Of a stretch of DNA of 64,000 bases, positions 37,362 to 47,273 are shown one piece after another. Every line of letters starts with the position of its first letter. Position 1 is the stretch's first letter. The position numbers and the translations under genes were made by a program. The stretch is from a virus. The notes under the pieces are model-generated. The model had not been told where the DNA came from. It saw nothing but the letters and a program-made list of their open reading frames with translations, and searched no databases. Location of the stretch: IMG/VR virus record IMGVR_UViG_3300031957_001651, positions 1 to 64,000 of that record. One strand, 5' to 3'.

Positions 37362-38585
37362 ATGAAAAGTTTTCTACAGTTCCTAAAAGAAGCAGGTGAG
37401 GGTGCCTCAGCACAGGCAAAGAAACTCAACCTTAAGAGTGATGGACATGGTGGTTGGTATGACTCTCGTGGTGAATTTGTTGCGAAAACTGAAGGTGGAA
37501 AACTAAAATTTTATAATAAGAACCAGAAGGTTGGTGAGAGAGACGGTAATCAAGATACAAATCAGGTTGCACAAAAGCAAGACGAAACTAAGAAGAAGCA
37601 AAAGAAAGAAGAACCCAAAGGTGATTCTAAGAAAGAATCACCAGAAGAAGATAAAGATGAGCAGTCTGATACCTTAACTATTGTATTTGGTAGGTTTAAT
37701 CCACCAACAGTTGGTCATGAAAAACTTCTGAGTATGGCAAAGAAATCTTCTACTGGTGGAGATTATAAAGTATACCCTTCACGTTCTCAGGATCCTAAGA
37801 AGAACCCTCTTGATCCTGACATGAAGATTTCATTTATGAAGAAAATGTTCTCTGATTATGAAGAGAACATTGTCAATGATCCAGAAATGAAAAATATATT
37901 TGATGTTCTGGTAGCAGCAAATGAAGATGGATATGGAAATGTAAATATTGTTGTTGGTTCAGATCGACAAGCAGAGTTTGAGAATCTTGCTCAGAAATAT
38001 AATGGTCAACTTTATGAGTTTGATTTGATTCGTGTCATCTCTGCTGGTGTAAGAGATGCAGATGCTGAAGGTGTAGAAGGAATGTCTGCATCCAAGATGC
38101 GTAAAGCAGTTATTGCTGATGACTTTGAATCATTCCGTAAAGGAACACCTAAGAAACTTGATGATGGTGATACTAAGGCACTCTTTAATGCAGTCCGCAC
38201 TGGTATGAAACTGAAGAGTAAAGAAAAAGTTACTGCAGAGATGTGGGAAATTGCTCCCAAGTATGATCATAAAGGACTTCGTGAAAACTATATTTCTGGG
38301 AAAATTTTTAGTCTTGGAGATATTGTAGAGAATCTAAACACTGGATTGGTTGGTGAAATTATTCGTAGAGGAACTAATCACCTTATTTGTGTTACTAAAG
38401 AAAACTATATGTTCAAGTCCTGGATTAAGGATGTGATGGAAGCAGTTGTAAATTATCCTGGTCCTTCTGGTGTACCTGGTCCAGAGAGAGAAGTTGGAAC
38501 TGATTCAAATAGAAACTATACGATGAGAATGACTGGAACGACTGCTATAAAGAATTTCATAAATAAGTATAAGGCTAAAAAGTAA
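37362..38585 (+). CDS. Cytidylyltransferase-like (HxGH) nucleotidyltransferase
   Basis: FGRFNPPTVGHEKL, VVGSDR, MSASKMR. Confidence 0.88.
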   Translation: MKSFLQFLKEAGEGASAQAKKLNLKSDGHGGWYDSRGEFVAKTEGGKLKFYNKNQKVGERDGNQDTNQVAQKQDETKKKQKKEEPKGDSKKESPEEDKDEQSDTLTIVFGRFNPPTVGHEKLLSMAKKSSTGGDYKVYPSRSQDPKKNPLDPDMKISFMKKMFSDYEENIVNDPEMKNIFDVLVAANEDGYGNVNIVVGSDRQAEFENLAQKYNGQLYEFDLIRVISAGVRDADAEGVEGMSASKMRKAVIADDFESFRKGTPKKLDDGDTKALFNAVRTGMKLKSKEKVTAEMWEIAPKYDHKGLRENYISGKIFSLGDIVENLNTGLVGEIIRRGTNHLICVTKENYMFKSWIKDVMEAVVNYPGPSGVPGPEREVGTDSNRNYTMRMTGTTAIKNFINKYKAKK

Positions 38586-38599
38586 AACATTTTATACTC

Positions 38600-39961
38600 A
38601 TGTCAATGAATCCTCTTAACGATATTTCTCAAGTATATCTTGAGAAGGTATCAAACGTTTCTGAAAAGAAAGACGATTCATATCTTGAGACAGATATGAA
38701 GAAACGTCAGAAGAATAATGAGAAGGCACGTAAGGAACTTGCCAAGGGTCCTCAAATGAAGAACCCCCACTTTGAAGAGAAGCAACTTGATCCCGTAGGA
38801 CAAGAAGATGCTGATGTTGACAATGATGGTAAGAAGAATACTAAGTCTGATAAGTATTTGAAGAATAGACGTAAGGCAATTGCCAAAGCAATAAAGGAAG
38901 CAAAACATGCTACTGCAAAGCAGATGCATTCTCCTCATGAAGTTCCAACAGGAGACATCAAAAAATTAGTAAAGAAAGCAGTTAAGAGAATTGATACTGA
39001 TGTAGATGGTGATACAGATAATAACGATAAGGCAAAGGGAGAACTTGGTGAGTTTATTCCTGGTGTAGGAAATAAGAGATTATATTCAACCACTAAAACC
39101 ACAACAGCAAAAGAAGGATATTCAAACTGGAGAGATGATCTTCGTGAAGTTGTTGGTGAAGATAGTGAAGATCGGAAGCAAGTAAAAGAAAAGAATGTAA
39201 AGAATACTATTAAGATTAATCCTAAGATTTCTGAGGAAGTTACGATCCTAGAAAACACTGAGATGGATGAAGTAGATCTTGCTGCTTATACTGTGTACGA
39301 TGAACTAGTTAATGAAGGATTTGACGTATATGATGTAGAAGATGCTATTGAGTATGCGATTATTGAAGCAACAGTAACTTTCGGTCATGATACCGAGAAA
39401 CCACATGAGAAAGATACTTCTACTGGTCGCATGGTGAAGGCAGTTGGTAGACTTGCAAGACAGAAACTTAAGTCTACTGGTAAGAAAGCAAGACTAAAGT
39501 CTGCCCAAGCACAAGTTGCTGCTTACAATAAAGGTAGAGAAGTCAAGCAAAAAGTAGGTGATAAAGCAAGAGGTGCAAAATCTGGTATCAAAGCAAAGAT
39601 CAGAAAGGCAGCACAGAAAGTTGTTAATCGTATGAGTGAGGAGACTTCTATGTCAATGACTCCTCAAGAAGTTGCACTTCAGAAGAAGAAGGCAATGATT
39701 GATCAGCAAATTGCACAGAAGAGAAAACAGTCTTTAAATAAAGTTGCAAAGGAAGAAACCGAAGATTCTCTAAGAGATCGTCGCATGGAACGTGGTGGTG
39801 TTGATGGCAACAACCGTTACGACAAACCAATTAGTAACACACCGAATACATTTGGTAAGAAAAAACCAAAGTATGATGGTATGTCTGCACTTGAGAAAGT
39901 AAAGGCAAGCATCCGTGCCAAGCATGGACAGGGTGCAATCATAGATACGAGGAAAAAGTAA
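38600..39961 (+). CDS. Lys/Glu-rich modular hypothetical protein, probable internal head protein
   Basis: 453 aa; two DxDxDxDG loops; repeated xxE sites; ATAAATA upstream. Confidence 0.7.
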   Translation: MSMNPLNDISQVYLEKVSNVSEKKDDSYLETDMKKRQKNNEKARKELAKGPQMKNPHFEEKQLDPVGQEDADVDNDGKKNTKSDKYLKNRRKAIAKAIKEAKHATAKQMHSPHEVPTGDIKKLVKKAVKRIDTDVDGDTDNNDKAKGELGEFIPGVGNKRLYSTTKTTTAKEGYSNWRDDLREVVGEDSEDRKQVKEKNVKNTIKINPKISEEVTILENTEMDEVDLAAYTVYDELVNEGFDVYDVEDAIEYAIIEATVTFGHDTEKPHEKDTSTGRMVKAVGRLARQKLKSTGKKARLKSAQAQVAAYNKGREVKQKVGDKARGAKSGIKAKIRKAAQKVVNRMSEETSMSMTPQEVALQKKKAMIDQQIAQKRKQSLNKVAKEETEDSLRDRRMERGGVDGNNRYDKPISNTPNTFGKKKPKYDGMSALEKVKASIRAKHGQGAIIDTRKK

Positions 39962-40179
39962 TGCCTGCAATATCTAGAGCACAGCAAAGGTTTATGGGAA
40001 TGGTCCATGCCGTAAAGAAGGGAGAGATGGAAGCACCTTCTCCCGAAGTTGCTCAAGCAGCAGCATCAATGAAGAAAAAAGATGCAAAGGATTTTGCATC
40101 AACAAAACACAAAGGTTTACCTGAGAAGAAAAAGAAGACTTTCAAGGAGTTTTTGGAATATATAGAATATACTACTTGA
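39961..40179 (+). CDS. Small basic hypothetical protein
   Basis: MPAISRAQQRFMGMV...DFASTKHKGLP. Confidence 0.78.
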   Translation: MPAISRAQQRFMGMVHAVKKGEMEAPSPEVAQAAASMKKKDAKDFASTKHKGLPEKKKKTFKEFLEYIEYTT

Positions 40180-40187
40180 GGTTAATC

Positions 40188-40400
40188 ATGCTTGCATTCC
40201 TACTTCCACTCGCATCAAAGGTAATTTCCGATGCCGTATCAAAGATTCCAGAAAATGAAGAACTCGGTGAGAAACTCGTTGAGATCTGTCTTGTTATTCT
40301 TGCTAAAGCAGTTAAGTTGACCAAGACTGATATGGATGATCAACTACTAGAGGTTGTTTCTAAAGCAATTCTTGCAAGAGAAGACGCAGCTGCCGAGTAA
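40188..40400 (+). CDS. Small hypothetical protein
   Basis: MLAFLLPLASKVI...LTKTDMDDQLL. Confidence 0.72.
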   Translation: MLAFLLPLASKVISDAVSKIPENEELGEKLVEICLVILAKAVKLTKTDMDDQLLEVVSKAILAREDAAAE

Positions 40401-40423
40401 GTATAAATAAGAAAATAAATGAC

Positions 40424-40452
40424 ATGGAGATCATTTTGTGGTCTCCATTTTT
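40424..40452 (+). terminator. Intrinsic terminator
   Basis: ATGGAGATCA-TTTTG-TGGTCTCCAT followed by T run. Confidence 0.7.
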
Positions 40453-40459
40453 TATAAAT
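40452..40459 (+). promoter_or_regulatory. T4-type late promoter TATAAATA
   Basis: Exact consensus upstream of 40494 ORF. Confidence 0.75.
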
Positions 40460-40493
40460 ATCTAATAGCAAATGTATTCAAAGGAAAAGAAAC

Positions 40494-41318
40494 ATGGCAC
40501 TTTGGGGAAATAGTGATAATGTAACCTCTGCTGGCATCGTAACCGTAAACTATAGCACCCGTGTCGTTGAAGGACACACTACTGCTTTTGGTCTAACTGG
40601 TTCTGCACAAGTTGGGGATGTAATTAGATTTGGTATCAAGGATGAAACTAACCCTGATGCAGTCTATTTTGGTGATGCTGTAATTGCAAGTATTGCAAGC
40701 AGTGAATCAATTACAATTGCTTCTACTGCTGGACTCAGTGGTGCTGCAATCGGAGGAACAGATTTTCAAATTTCAGAACTTCCTGGATCTAGTACTTTGG
40801 ATATGAATTATTCTGAGTATGACGATGCAAAACATGCTGGAACATCTCAGGTAGTTGCAACAGGAACTGCAAGCACAGATTCACCAGTTGGATTTGCAAC
40901 AATTTATCTAACTGAAGATCTAACTGCAATTGCATATCCAATCAGAACCGATTCTGATACCGTTTCTTATGCATCATCAACCACAGAATTTGTAATTAGT
41001 TCTTTGGTTGATTCTACTGAAAACGATTCTGCAAGCACTGTTACATTAACTACTACTATGAATGTAGGAGTTAATACTGGAGATAAGATTACCTTTACTG
41101 GTGTTAGAGGTGCTTATGATACCTATGTCTATGGTGCAGCTAAGCAAGGAATTCAGGCAGCATCTGGAACTCAGTATGAAGCAGGTGTGGGTTGGGTTGG
41201 AGTTACCACATATCTTGATGCACATAACAACCTAAGAGTTAAGAAAGAAATCTTAGTTGCGATGTCTGGTATCACTACTGGCAATACTCCAATTTATGAT
41301 GCAGATCCACTAAGCTGA
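40494..41318 (+). CDS. Probable virion structural protein (Thr/Gly/Ser-rich)
   Basis: MALWG start, GWVGVTTY...LRVKKEILVAMS end; late promoter. Confidence 0.7.
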   Translation: MALWGNSDNVTSAGIVTVNYSTRVVEGHTTAFGLTGSAQVGDVIRFGIKDETNPDAVYFGDAVIASIASSESITIASTAGLSGAAIGGTDFQISELPGSSTLDMNYSEYDDAKHAGTSQVVATGTASTDSPVGFATIYLTEDLTAIAYPIRTDSDTVSYASSTTEFVISSLVDSTENDSASTVTLTTTMNVGVNTGDKITFTGVRGAYDTYVYGAAKQGIQAASGTQYEAGVGWVGVTTYLDAHNNLRVKKEILVAMSGITTGNTPIYDADPLS

Positions 41319-41329
41319 TAACTTAAGTT

Positions 41330-41722
41330 ATGTTATTTGATGAATTGAATGAGGAAAATTTTTTATTATTTGCTATAAAAAATTATGAGAATCCTCAAGC
41401 CATTACTAAAGACGATTTCCATCGTGACTTGAATCACTTCAAGTATATTAAAAGGCTTTTGAGAAAATATAAGAGCACTGGTGAACTCAAGGTACATTTG
41501 CTTCTTAATCACTTCATCATTTTGTACAACATATTTGATGATGCAACAACACCAATGCTCTTCTATAAACTTGAGGAAGATCTCTGGTCAACCACAAAAA
41601 CATTTGTATTCTTTTTGAATAGGTTGCCAGAGTATCCAAAGTGCTATATACATGATATAGAAAGTGATATTATTGCATTAGATAAATTACAAATCTTATA
41701 TAACGACAATGGACAGGACTGA
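41330..41722 (+). CDS. Conserved T4-like hypothetical protein
   Basis: FKYIKRLLRKY...LLLNHFIILYNIF. Confidence 0.8.
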   Translation: MLFDELNEENFLLFAIKNYENPQAITKDDFHRDLNHFKYIKRLLRKYKSTGELKVHLLLNHFIILYNIFDDATTPMLFYKLEEDLWSTTKTFVFFLNRLPEYPKCYIHDIESDIIALDKLQILYNDNGQD

Positions 41723-41924
41723 TCGGATCATACAACTTATACGTGAAATGATCGCAGTCGGTGCTGGTGGATTTACTGGTTCCTCTCCTGCAGAAGGACC
41801 AACTGCTGGTTATGATCCTCTGATTAAATTTCAGAGACGTGGAAACACAGATTATAGAAAAGTCCCCAAGACTTACAAACAGTGGGTAAAATCTTTAGAT
41901 AAGAAAAATGTTAGGTCTCGGTAA
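41709..41924 (+). CDS. Small hypothetical protein
   Basis: IREM...GPTAGYDP. Confidence 0.65.
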   Translation: MDRTDRIIQLIREMIAVGAGGFTGSSPAEGPTAGYDPLIKFQRRGNTDYRKVPKTYKQWVKSLDKKNVRSR

Positions 41925-42345
41925 ATTAGCAGTATTAGAATCTAAGTTGAGTATCTATGAAGATCTCTCCAAAGAGATGCTCGACAAACTTGAGAAAGCA
42001 GTCGGGACTATTTCGGAGAACAGTAATAAGATTGCTGTTATTTTGGAACGGCATGAAAATCGTCTAGACGAATCTGATAGAGCAGATAAACTTATTATCA
42101 ATATGCTTGGGGAGATGAAGGAAAGACATGAGAAGGATATTGAATTTCTTCATGATAGAATTGGTAAAATACAGAAGAAAACAGATAGCAATGCTAGGTT
42201 TGTCATTGCTGTGTCAGCCGTTCTGACAACACTTGTGACAGTAATGCAAGTGGTCCCACCTGTGATGAAACTCTTGACACCTAATCAAAAAATGAGTATG
42301 ATAGCTACAGCAGAAGTAGCGTCTTTCGTAAATGGATCAAATTGA
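41908..42345 (+). CDS. Coiled-coil protein with C-terminal transmembrane helix
   Basis: Heptad-rich N-terminus, FVIAVSAVLTTLVTVM. Confidence 0.7.
   Translation: MLGLGKLAVLESKLSIYEDLSKEMLDKLEKAVGTISENSNKIAVILERHENRLDESDRADKLIINMLGEMKERHEKDIEFLHDRIGKIQKKTDSNARFVIAVSAVLTTLVTVMQVVPPVMKLLTPNQKMSMIATAEVASFVNGSN
42274..42302 (+). promoter_or_regulatory. Sigma70-type promoter for primase-nrdAB
   Basis: TTGACA-17nt-TATGAT. Confidence 0.75.
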
Positions 42346-43303
42346 TGTCAAATATGTAAATCTAGTTTCTGTCAGACTACAAAAATTTAAAAGAGTAAAA
42401 GCAGATCTCTATAACTTTAGATGTCCCATTTGCGGAGACTCTCATAAGAATAAGAGTAAAACGAGAGGTTATCTATACTCTGTAAAAAATGCTACTAACT
42501 ATAAGTGCCACAACTGTGGTGCTAGTTTATCGTTGAATAATTTTCTTAAGCATATTGATGTTGCTCTGCACAAGAGTTATTGTCTAGAGAAGTTTAAGGA
42601 GGGAAAAACTGGAAGACGTGGGATGCAGACTAATGAACCTAAATTTGTTTTTGAGAAACCTAAGTTTGCACAGAGGATCCTTCTTCCTCTATGCAGTGAG
42701 GTGGAAGTTGCTAGAACCTATCTTCAAAATCGTAAGATCGATCCCACCAAATTTTATTATGCAGAAAACTTTGATGAGTTTGTGCATACGTTCAAGGGAT
42801 TGGATCACGGGTATATGGGTAAAGAGCCTAGGATCATCATCCCGTTATATTGCGACAAAGATCTCATCGGATTCCAAGGTAGAAGTCTAAATTCCAAATC
42901 TATTAAATATATTACTGTAATGCTTAAAGAGGGAGCACCGAAAATATATGGACTCGACAACATCACAAAAAGTAGCAGTGTCTACATTACTGAAGGACCA
43001 TTCGACAGCACGTTCATTCGCAATTCGATTGCTATGTGCGGAGCTGATCTTGATATCAGCAATTGGGGGATTAGCAATCCTGTTTGGGTCTATGACAATG
43101 AACCTAGAAACAGGGAAATCCTCAATCGAGTCAGTCGAACAATCGATAGTGGAGACTCCATAGTCATTTGGCCATCACACATTAATGAAAAGGACATAAA
43201 TGATATGGTCCTTGCTGGACATGATGTCCAAAATCTGATAGAATTAAATACTTACTCTGGTTTAGAAGCAAAACTTAAATTCACCACCTGGAAGAAAATA
43301 TGA
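42332..43303 (+). CDS. gp61: DNA primase gp61
   Basis: CPICGDS...CHNC zinc finger, TEGPFDS, YDNEPRN, KDINDM. Confidence 0.97.
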   Translation: MDQIDVKYVNLVSVRLQKFKRVKADLYNFRCPICGDSHKNKSKTRGYLYSVKNATNYKCHNCGASLSLNNFLKHIDVALHKSYCLEKFKEGKTGRRGMQTNEPKFVFEKPKFAQRILLPLCSEVEVARTYLQNRKIDPTKFYYAENFDEFVHTFKGLDHGYMGKEPRIIIPLYCDKDLIGFQGRSLNSKSIKYITVMLKEGAPKIYGLDNITKSSSVYITEGPFDSTFIRNSIAMCGADLDISNWGISNPVWVYDNEPRNREILNRVSRTIDSGDSIVIWPSHINEKDINDMVLAGHDVQNLIELNTYSGLEAKLKFTTWKKI

Positions 43304-45597
43304 GCAACGGTATCAAGGTTAAAAAACGTAATGGGACTATTGAGGTACTAGACCTAGAAAAGATGCACAAGATGGTTGAGGCTGCCTGTGAGGGTCTCTC
43401 TGGTGTGTCTGCGAGTCAAGTAGAGATCCAATCTGGAATTCAATTTTATGATGGTGTCACCACTGACGAGATTCAAGAGATCTTGATTCGTTCTGCTTCA
43501 GATCTAATTGATCTTGAGCATCCTAATTATCAATATGCTGCAGCAAGACTGCTACTATTCTCTATTCGTAAGCAACTTGCTGTTAACTTTAAAAGAAGTC
43601 CCACTCTTCTAGAGCAGATTAAGTATGGTATTGCTAACAATGTCTATGATGCAGAAGTACTGCAGAAGTATACTGAAGAAGAACTTGAAAAGGTAAATTC
43701 TTTTATCTATCACGATAGAGATTATTTGTTCACATATGCTGGACTAAGGCAAGTTGTGGATAAATATCTAGTACAGGATAGAAGTAATGTTGAGGTATTT
43801 GAAACACCTCAGTTCATGTATATTTTGATTGCATTAACGATCTTCGCAGAATATCCTAAAGAGACACGATTACTATATGTAAAGAGATACTATGACGCAA
43901 TCTCAAAACACAAAATCAACATTCCCACACCTATCATGGCAGGAGTGCGAACTCCACTTCGACAATTTGCTAGCTGTGTTCTTGTTGATGTTGATGACAC
44001 CCTCGATAGCATCTTTAGTTCTGATATGGCTATCGGCAGATATGTTGCACAAAGGGCGGGTATCGGCATCAACGCAGGCAGAATCCGTGGTATCAACGCT
44101 AAGATCCGAGGTGGAGAAGTTCAGCACACAGGTGTTGTCCCATTCCTCAAAAAGTTTGAATCAACTGTCAGATGTTGCACTCAAAATGGCATCCGTGGTG
44201 GATCAGCAACTGTCCACTTCCCAATCTGGCACCAAGAAATAGAAGACATTATTGTTCTCAAAAACAATAAAGGAACAGAAGACAACCGAGTGAGGAAACT
44301 TGACTACTCAATCCAAATTTCAAAAATTTTCTACGAACGTTTCATTGCAGATGGGGAGATTAGCCTCTTCTCACCGCATGACGTACCAGGTTTGTATGAT
44401 GCTTTTGGTACTGATGACTTTGACACTCTATATCGGATGCATGAACTCAATGATGCTGTTCCAAGAAAGACTGTCGGGGCACAGGAACTAATTCTAAACA
44501 TTCTGAAGGAGAGGGCAGAGACTGGTCGATTGTATCTTATGAATATCGATCACTGTAACACTCACTCTTCCTTTAAAGATAAGGTAAATATGAGTAACCT
44601 ATGTCAGGAGATTACATTACCTACAGATCCTCTTCAGCATATTGATGGTGAGGGTGAGATTGCTTTGTGTATTCTCTCTGCTATTAATGTGGGCAAGGTC
44701 AAGTCTGACTCTGAACTAGAAAATCTTTGCGATCTATCTGTCCGAGGATTGGAAGAATTGATTGACTATCAGAAGTATCCTATTCTTGCAGCAGAACTTG
44801 CTACAAAGGCACGTAGATCCCTTGGAATTGGTTTTATCGGTCTAGCACACTATCTTGCTAAACTAGGGTTTAACTACGGTGATCAAGAGGCATGGGATGC
44901 TATTCATGGACTTTCTGAATCCTTCCAATATTTCCTACTGAAGTCTTCTAATCAGATTGCGAAAGAGAAGGGTGCTTGTGAAGGTTTCTCACGAACAAAA
45001 TATGCTGATGGAATTCTCCCCATTGATACATACAAGAAGGATCTAGACGAAGTTACTTCTATTGCATTGCAGCATGATTGGGAATCTCTTAGGACATCTA
45101 TCACTACCCACGGTCTACGGCACTCAACATTGTCCGCACAAATGCCATCAGAAAGTAGTTCCGTTGTGTCAAACGCAACCAATGGAATCGAACCACCTAG
45201 AGGATATCTGTCCGTTAAAAAATCCAAGAAAGGACCTCTTAAGCAGATTGTTCCACAGTATAATACACTGAAAAACAATTATACATTGCTTTGGGATATG
45301 AAGGGTAACGAAGGTTACATCAAAATCGTTGCTGTAATGCAAAAATTCTTTGACCAGGCAATTTCTGGCAATTGGTCCTATAATCCTGAGAACTATCCTG
45401 ACAATGAAGTTCCAGTTTCTGTCATGGCAAATGATTTTCTAACTACATACAAGTATGGTTGGAAGACTTCTTATTATCAAAATACTTATGATAATAAGAC
45501 TGATGAAATTGATGACGATAAAAAGCAACAATTAAATGCAATTTTAGAAGAATTAAGTCAATCCGAGGAGGGAGAGTGTGAATCCTGTGCAATTTAA
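43300..45597 (+). CDS. nrdA: Ribonucleotide reductase class Ia alpha subunit
   Basis: ATP cone VKKRNG, SNLCQEI, TSYY, C-terminal CESC. Confidence 0.98.
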   Translation: MSNGIKVKKRNGTIEVLDLEKMHKMVEAACEGLSGVSASQVEIQSGIQFYDGVTTDEIQEILIRSASDLIDLEHPNYQYAAARLLLFSIRKQLAVNFKRSPTLLEQIKYGIANNVYDAEVLQKYTEEELEKVNSFIYHDRDYLFTYAGLRQVVDKYLVQDRSNVEVFETPQFMYILIALTIFAEYPKETRLLYVKRYYDAISKHKINIPTPIMAGVRTPLRQFASCVLVDVDDTLDSIFSSDMAIGRYVAQRAGIGINAGRIRGINAKIRGGEVQHTGVVPFLKKFESTVRCCTQNGIRGGSATVHFPIWHQEIEDIIVLKNNKGTEDNRVRKLDYSIQISKIFYERFIADGEISLFSPHDVPGLYDAFGTDDFDTLYRMHELNDAVPRKTVGAQELILNILKERAETGRLYLMNIDHCNTHSSFKDKVNMSNLCQEITLPTDPLQHIDGEGEIALCILSAINVGKVKSDSELENLCDLSVRGLEELIDYQKYPILAAELATKARRSLGIGFIGLAHYLAKLGFNYGDQEAWDAIHGLSESFQYFLLKSSNQIAKEKGACEGFSRTKYADGILPIDTYKKDLDEVTSIALQHDWESLRTSITTHGLRHSTLSAQMPSESSSVVSNATNGIEPPRGYLSVKKSKKGPLKQIVPQYNTLKNNYTLLWDMKGNEGYIKIVAVMQKFFDQAISGNWSYNPENYPDNEVPVSVMANDFLTTYKYGWKTSYYQNTYDNKTDEIDDDKKQQLNAILEELSQSEEGECESCAI

Positions 45598-46768
45598 GAT
45601 GTCATCCGTAGAAGAATCCAAAACTAAAGTTGAAGGCATGACCGTCTTCAATACTGAACAAGTAAATACAAAGAAGCAACCAATGTTTTTCGGTAAACCT
45701 TTGGGGGTACAAAGGTATGATTCCTATAAGTATCCAATTTTTGATAAGTTAACTACTCAACAATTAGGATACTTCTGGAGACCAGAAGAAGTTTCATTAC
45801 AGAAAGACCGTGGAGATTATCAAACACTTCGTCCAGAACAAAAGCATATCTATACAAGTAACCTCAAGTATCAGATTATGCTTGACTCCATACAAGGGCG
45901 TGGTCCTGGGATGGCTTTTATACCTTATTGCAGTCTACCCGAACTAGAGGCATGTATGGAAGTCTGGGGGTTCATGGAGATGATCCACAGTCGTTCTTAC
46001 ACATATATTATCAAGAATGTATATGCAGACCCTTCTGAGATCTTCGATAATATTGTCACTGATCCCCGCATTCTAGAACGTGCTGCGAGTGTCACAGGTG
46101 CATATGATGATTTCATTAATAGTGCCCAAACTTGGGGCAATGGTAGCATGTGGCAAGAAGATTTTAGAGACTCACCTTCATCCAAATGGGAAATTAAAGA
46201 TGTCAAAAGAAAACTCTACAGAGCAGTTGCAAACGTTAATGTTCTTGAGGGTATTAGGTTCTACGTTAGTTTTGCTTGTTCTTTCGCCTTTGGTGAACTC
46301 AAGCTCATGGAAGGATCAGCAAAAATTATTTCACTCATTGCAAGAGACGAAAACCAACATTTAGCAATCACTCAGAATATTCTGAATAAGTGGAAGTCAG
46401 GTGATGATCCTGAAATGAAGCAGATTATGAAGGAAGAGGAAGAGTGGACTTATCAGATGTTTAAAAATGCTGTTGATGAGGAGAAGAAGTGGGCAGAGTA
46501 CTTGTTCAAAGATGGATCTATGATTGGTTTGAATGACAAACTACTCAAGAATTATGTTGAGTGGATTGCAAATCGTCGTATGAAGTCTATTGGTCTTAAA
46601 CCAGTTTATGATATTTCTGCTAAAGCAAATCCACTACCTTGGACTGAGCATTGGATCTCCTCTAAAGGACTCCAGGTGGCACCACAAGAGACTGAAGTAG
46701 AGTCATATGTTGTGGGAGGCATTAAGCAGGATGTTAAAGCAGATACGTTCTCAGGATTTAAACTATGA
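45578..46768 (+). CDS. nrdB: Ribonucleotide reductase class Ia beta subunit
   Basis: FWRPEE, EMIHSRSY, LEGIRFY, RDENQH. Confidence 0.98.
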   Translation: MNPVQFKMSSVEESKTKVEGMTVFNTEQVNTKKQPMFFGKPLGVQRYDSYKYPIFDKLTTQQLGYFWRPEEVSLQKDRGDYQTLRPEQKHIYTSNLKYQIMLDSIQGRGPGMAFIPYCSLPELEACMEVWGFMEMIHSRSYTYIIKNVYADPSEIFDNIVTDPRILERAASVTGAYDDFINSAQTWGNGSMWQEDFRDSPSSKWEIKDVKRKLYRAVANVNVLEGIRFYVSFACSFAFGELKLMEGSAKIISLIARDENQHLAITQNILNKWKSGDDPEMKQIMKEEEEWTYQMFKNAVDEEKKWAEYLFKDGSMIGLNDKLLKNYVEWIANRRMKSIGLKPVYDISAKANPLPWTEHWISSKGLQVAPQETEVESYVVGGIKQDVKADTFSGFKL

Positions 46769-46917
46769 TGACACAATGGGCAATTAAGTTAATTGCTGAT
46801 AATACCGTTGAATTATCTGATGATGATCTTAGGTTACTGAGATTTGGACCTCAACCTTGGTTGCCTCATGAAGTTTTAAGGTATAACCTATTAAGACTCA
46901 AAGTTAAATCTGATTAA
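46765..46917 (+). CDS. Small hypothetical protein (50 aa)
   Basis: Manual read MMTQWAIKLIAD...LKVKSD; ATGA overlap. Confidence 0.5.
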   Translation: MMTQWAIKLIADNTVELSDDDLRLLRFGPQPWLPHEVLRYNLLRLKVKSD

Positions 46918-46921
46918 TCTT

Positions 46922-46942
46922 AAGACCTTCGGGTCTTTTTTT
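46922..46942 (+). terminator. Intrinsic terminator with cUUCGg loop
   Basis: AAGACC-TTCG-GGTCTT followed by T run. Confidence 0.9.
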
Positions 46943-47087
46943 GTAGGTATATACTCGTAGGCATAAATTTTTATTGCTAAAATGTATTGATTCGCACACA
47001 AACTGTATACATAGTATAGAATTATGGAGGTTAAGATGACTCTCTCTTGTCTACATTATGGATCTACTTTTTTACAGGAGAATGAAT

Positions 47088-47261
47088 ATGCACAACTTAC
47101 TATCAAAATCTCAACTAGATCAGTGGCGATCTTTTGAATCTACATTAGATGCATCGGAGGTGGAAAATCAAGCAATCAATGACTACTACGAATGTTTAAT
47201 AGAGTGCGATACACTGAAACAAAACGAATGTAAACGTATATGTAGGAGAATTTTAGATTAA
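47088..47261 (+). CDS. Small twin-CX3C protein
   Basis: AGGAG RBS at 47076; CLIEC-x7-CKRIC; flanked by terminators. Confidence 0.75.
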   Translation: MHNLLSKSQLDQWRSFESTLDASEVENQAINDYYECLIECDTLKQNECKRICRRILD

Positions 47262-47273
47262 ATATTATATCTT

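Noticed and set aside
37362-38585. Cytidyltransferase-like gene as the CCA-adding enzyme for the CCA-less tRNAs
   Set aside because: It has the HxGH Rossmann-like fold, while CCA-adding enzymes belong to the pol-beta superfamily.
27361-46768. Inteins or group I introns in gp43, gp41, nrdA, nrdB
   Set aside because: ORFs are continuous and of normal length, with no splice motifs seen.
47088-47261. CP12 assignment for the Cys-containing small protein
   Set aside because: Lacks the CP12 C-terminal C-x8-C...YDD pattern.
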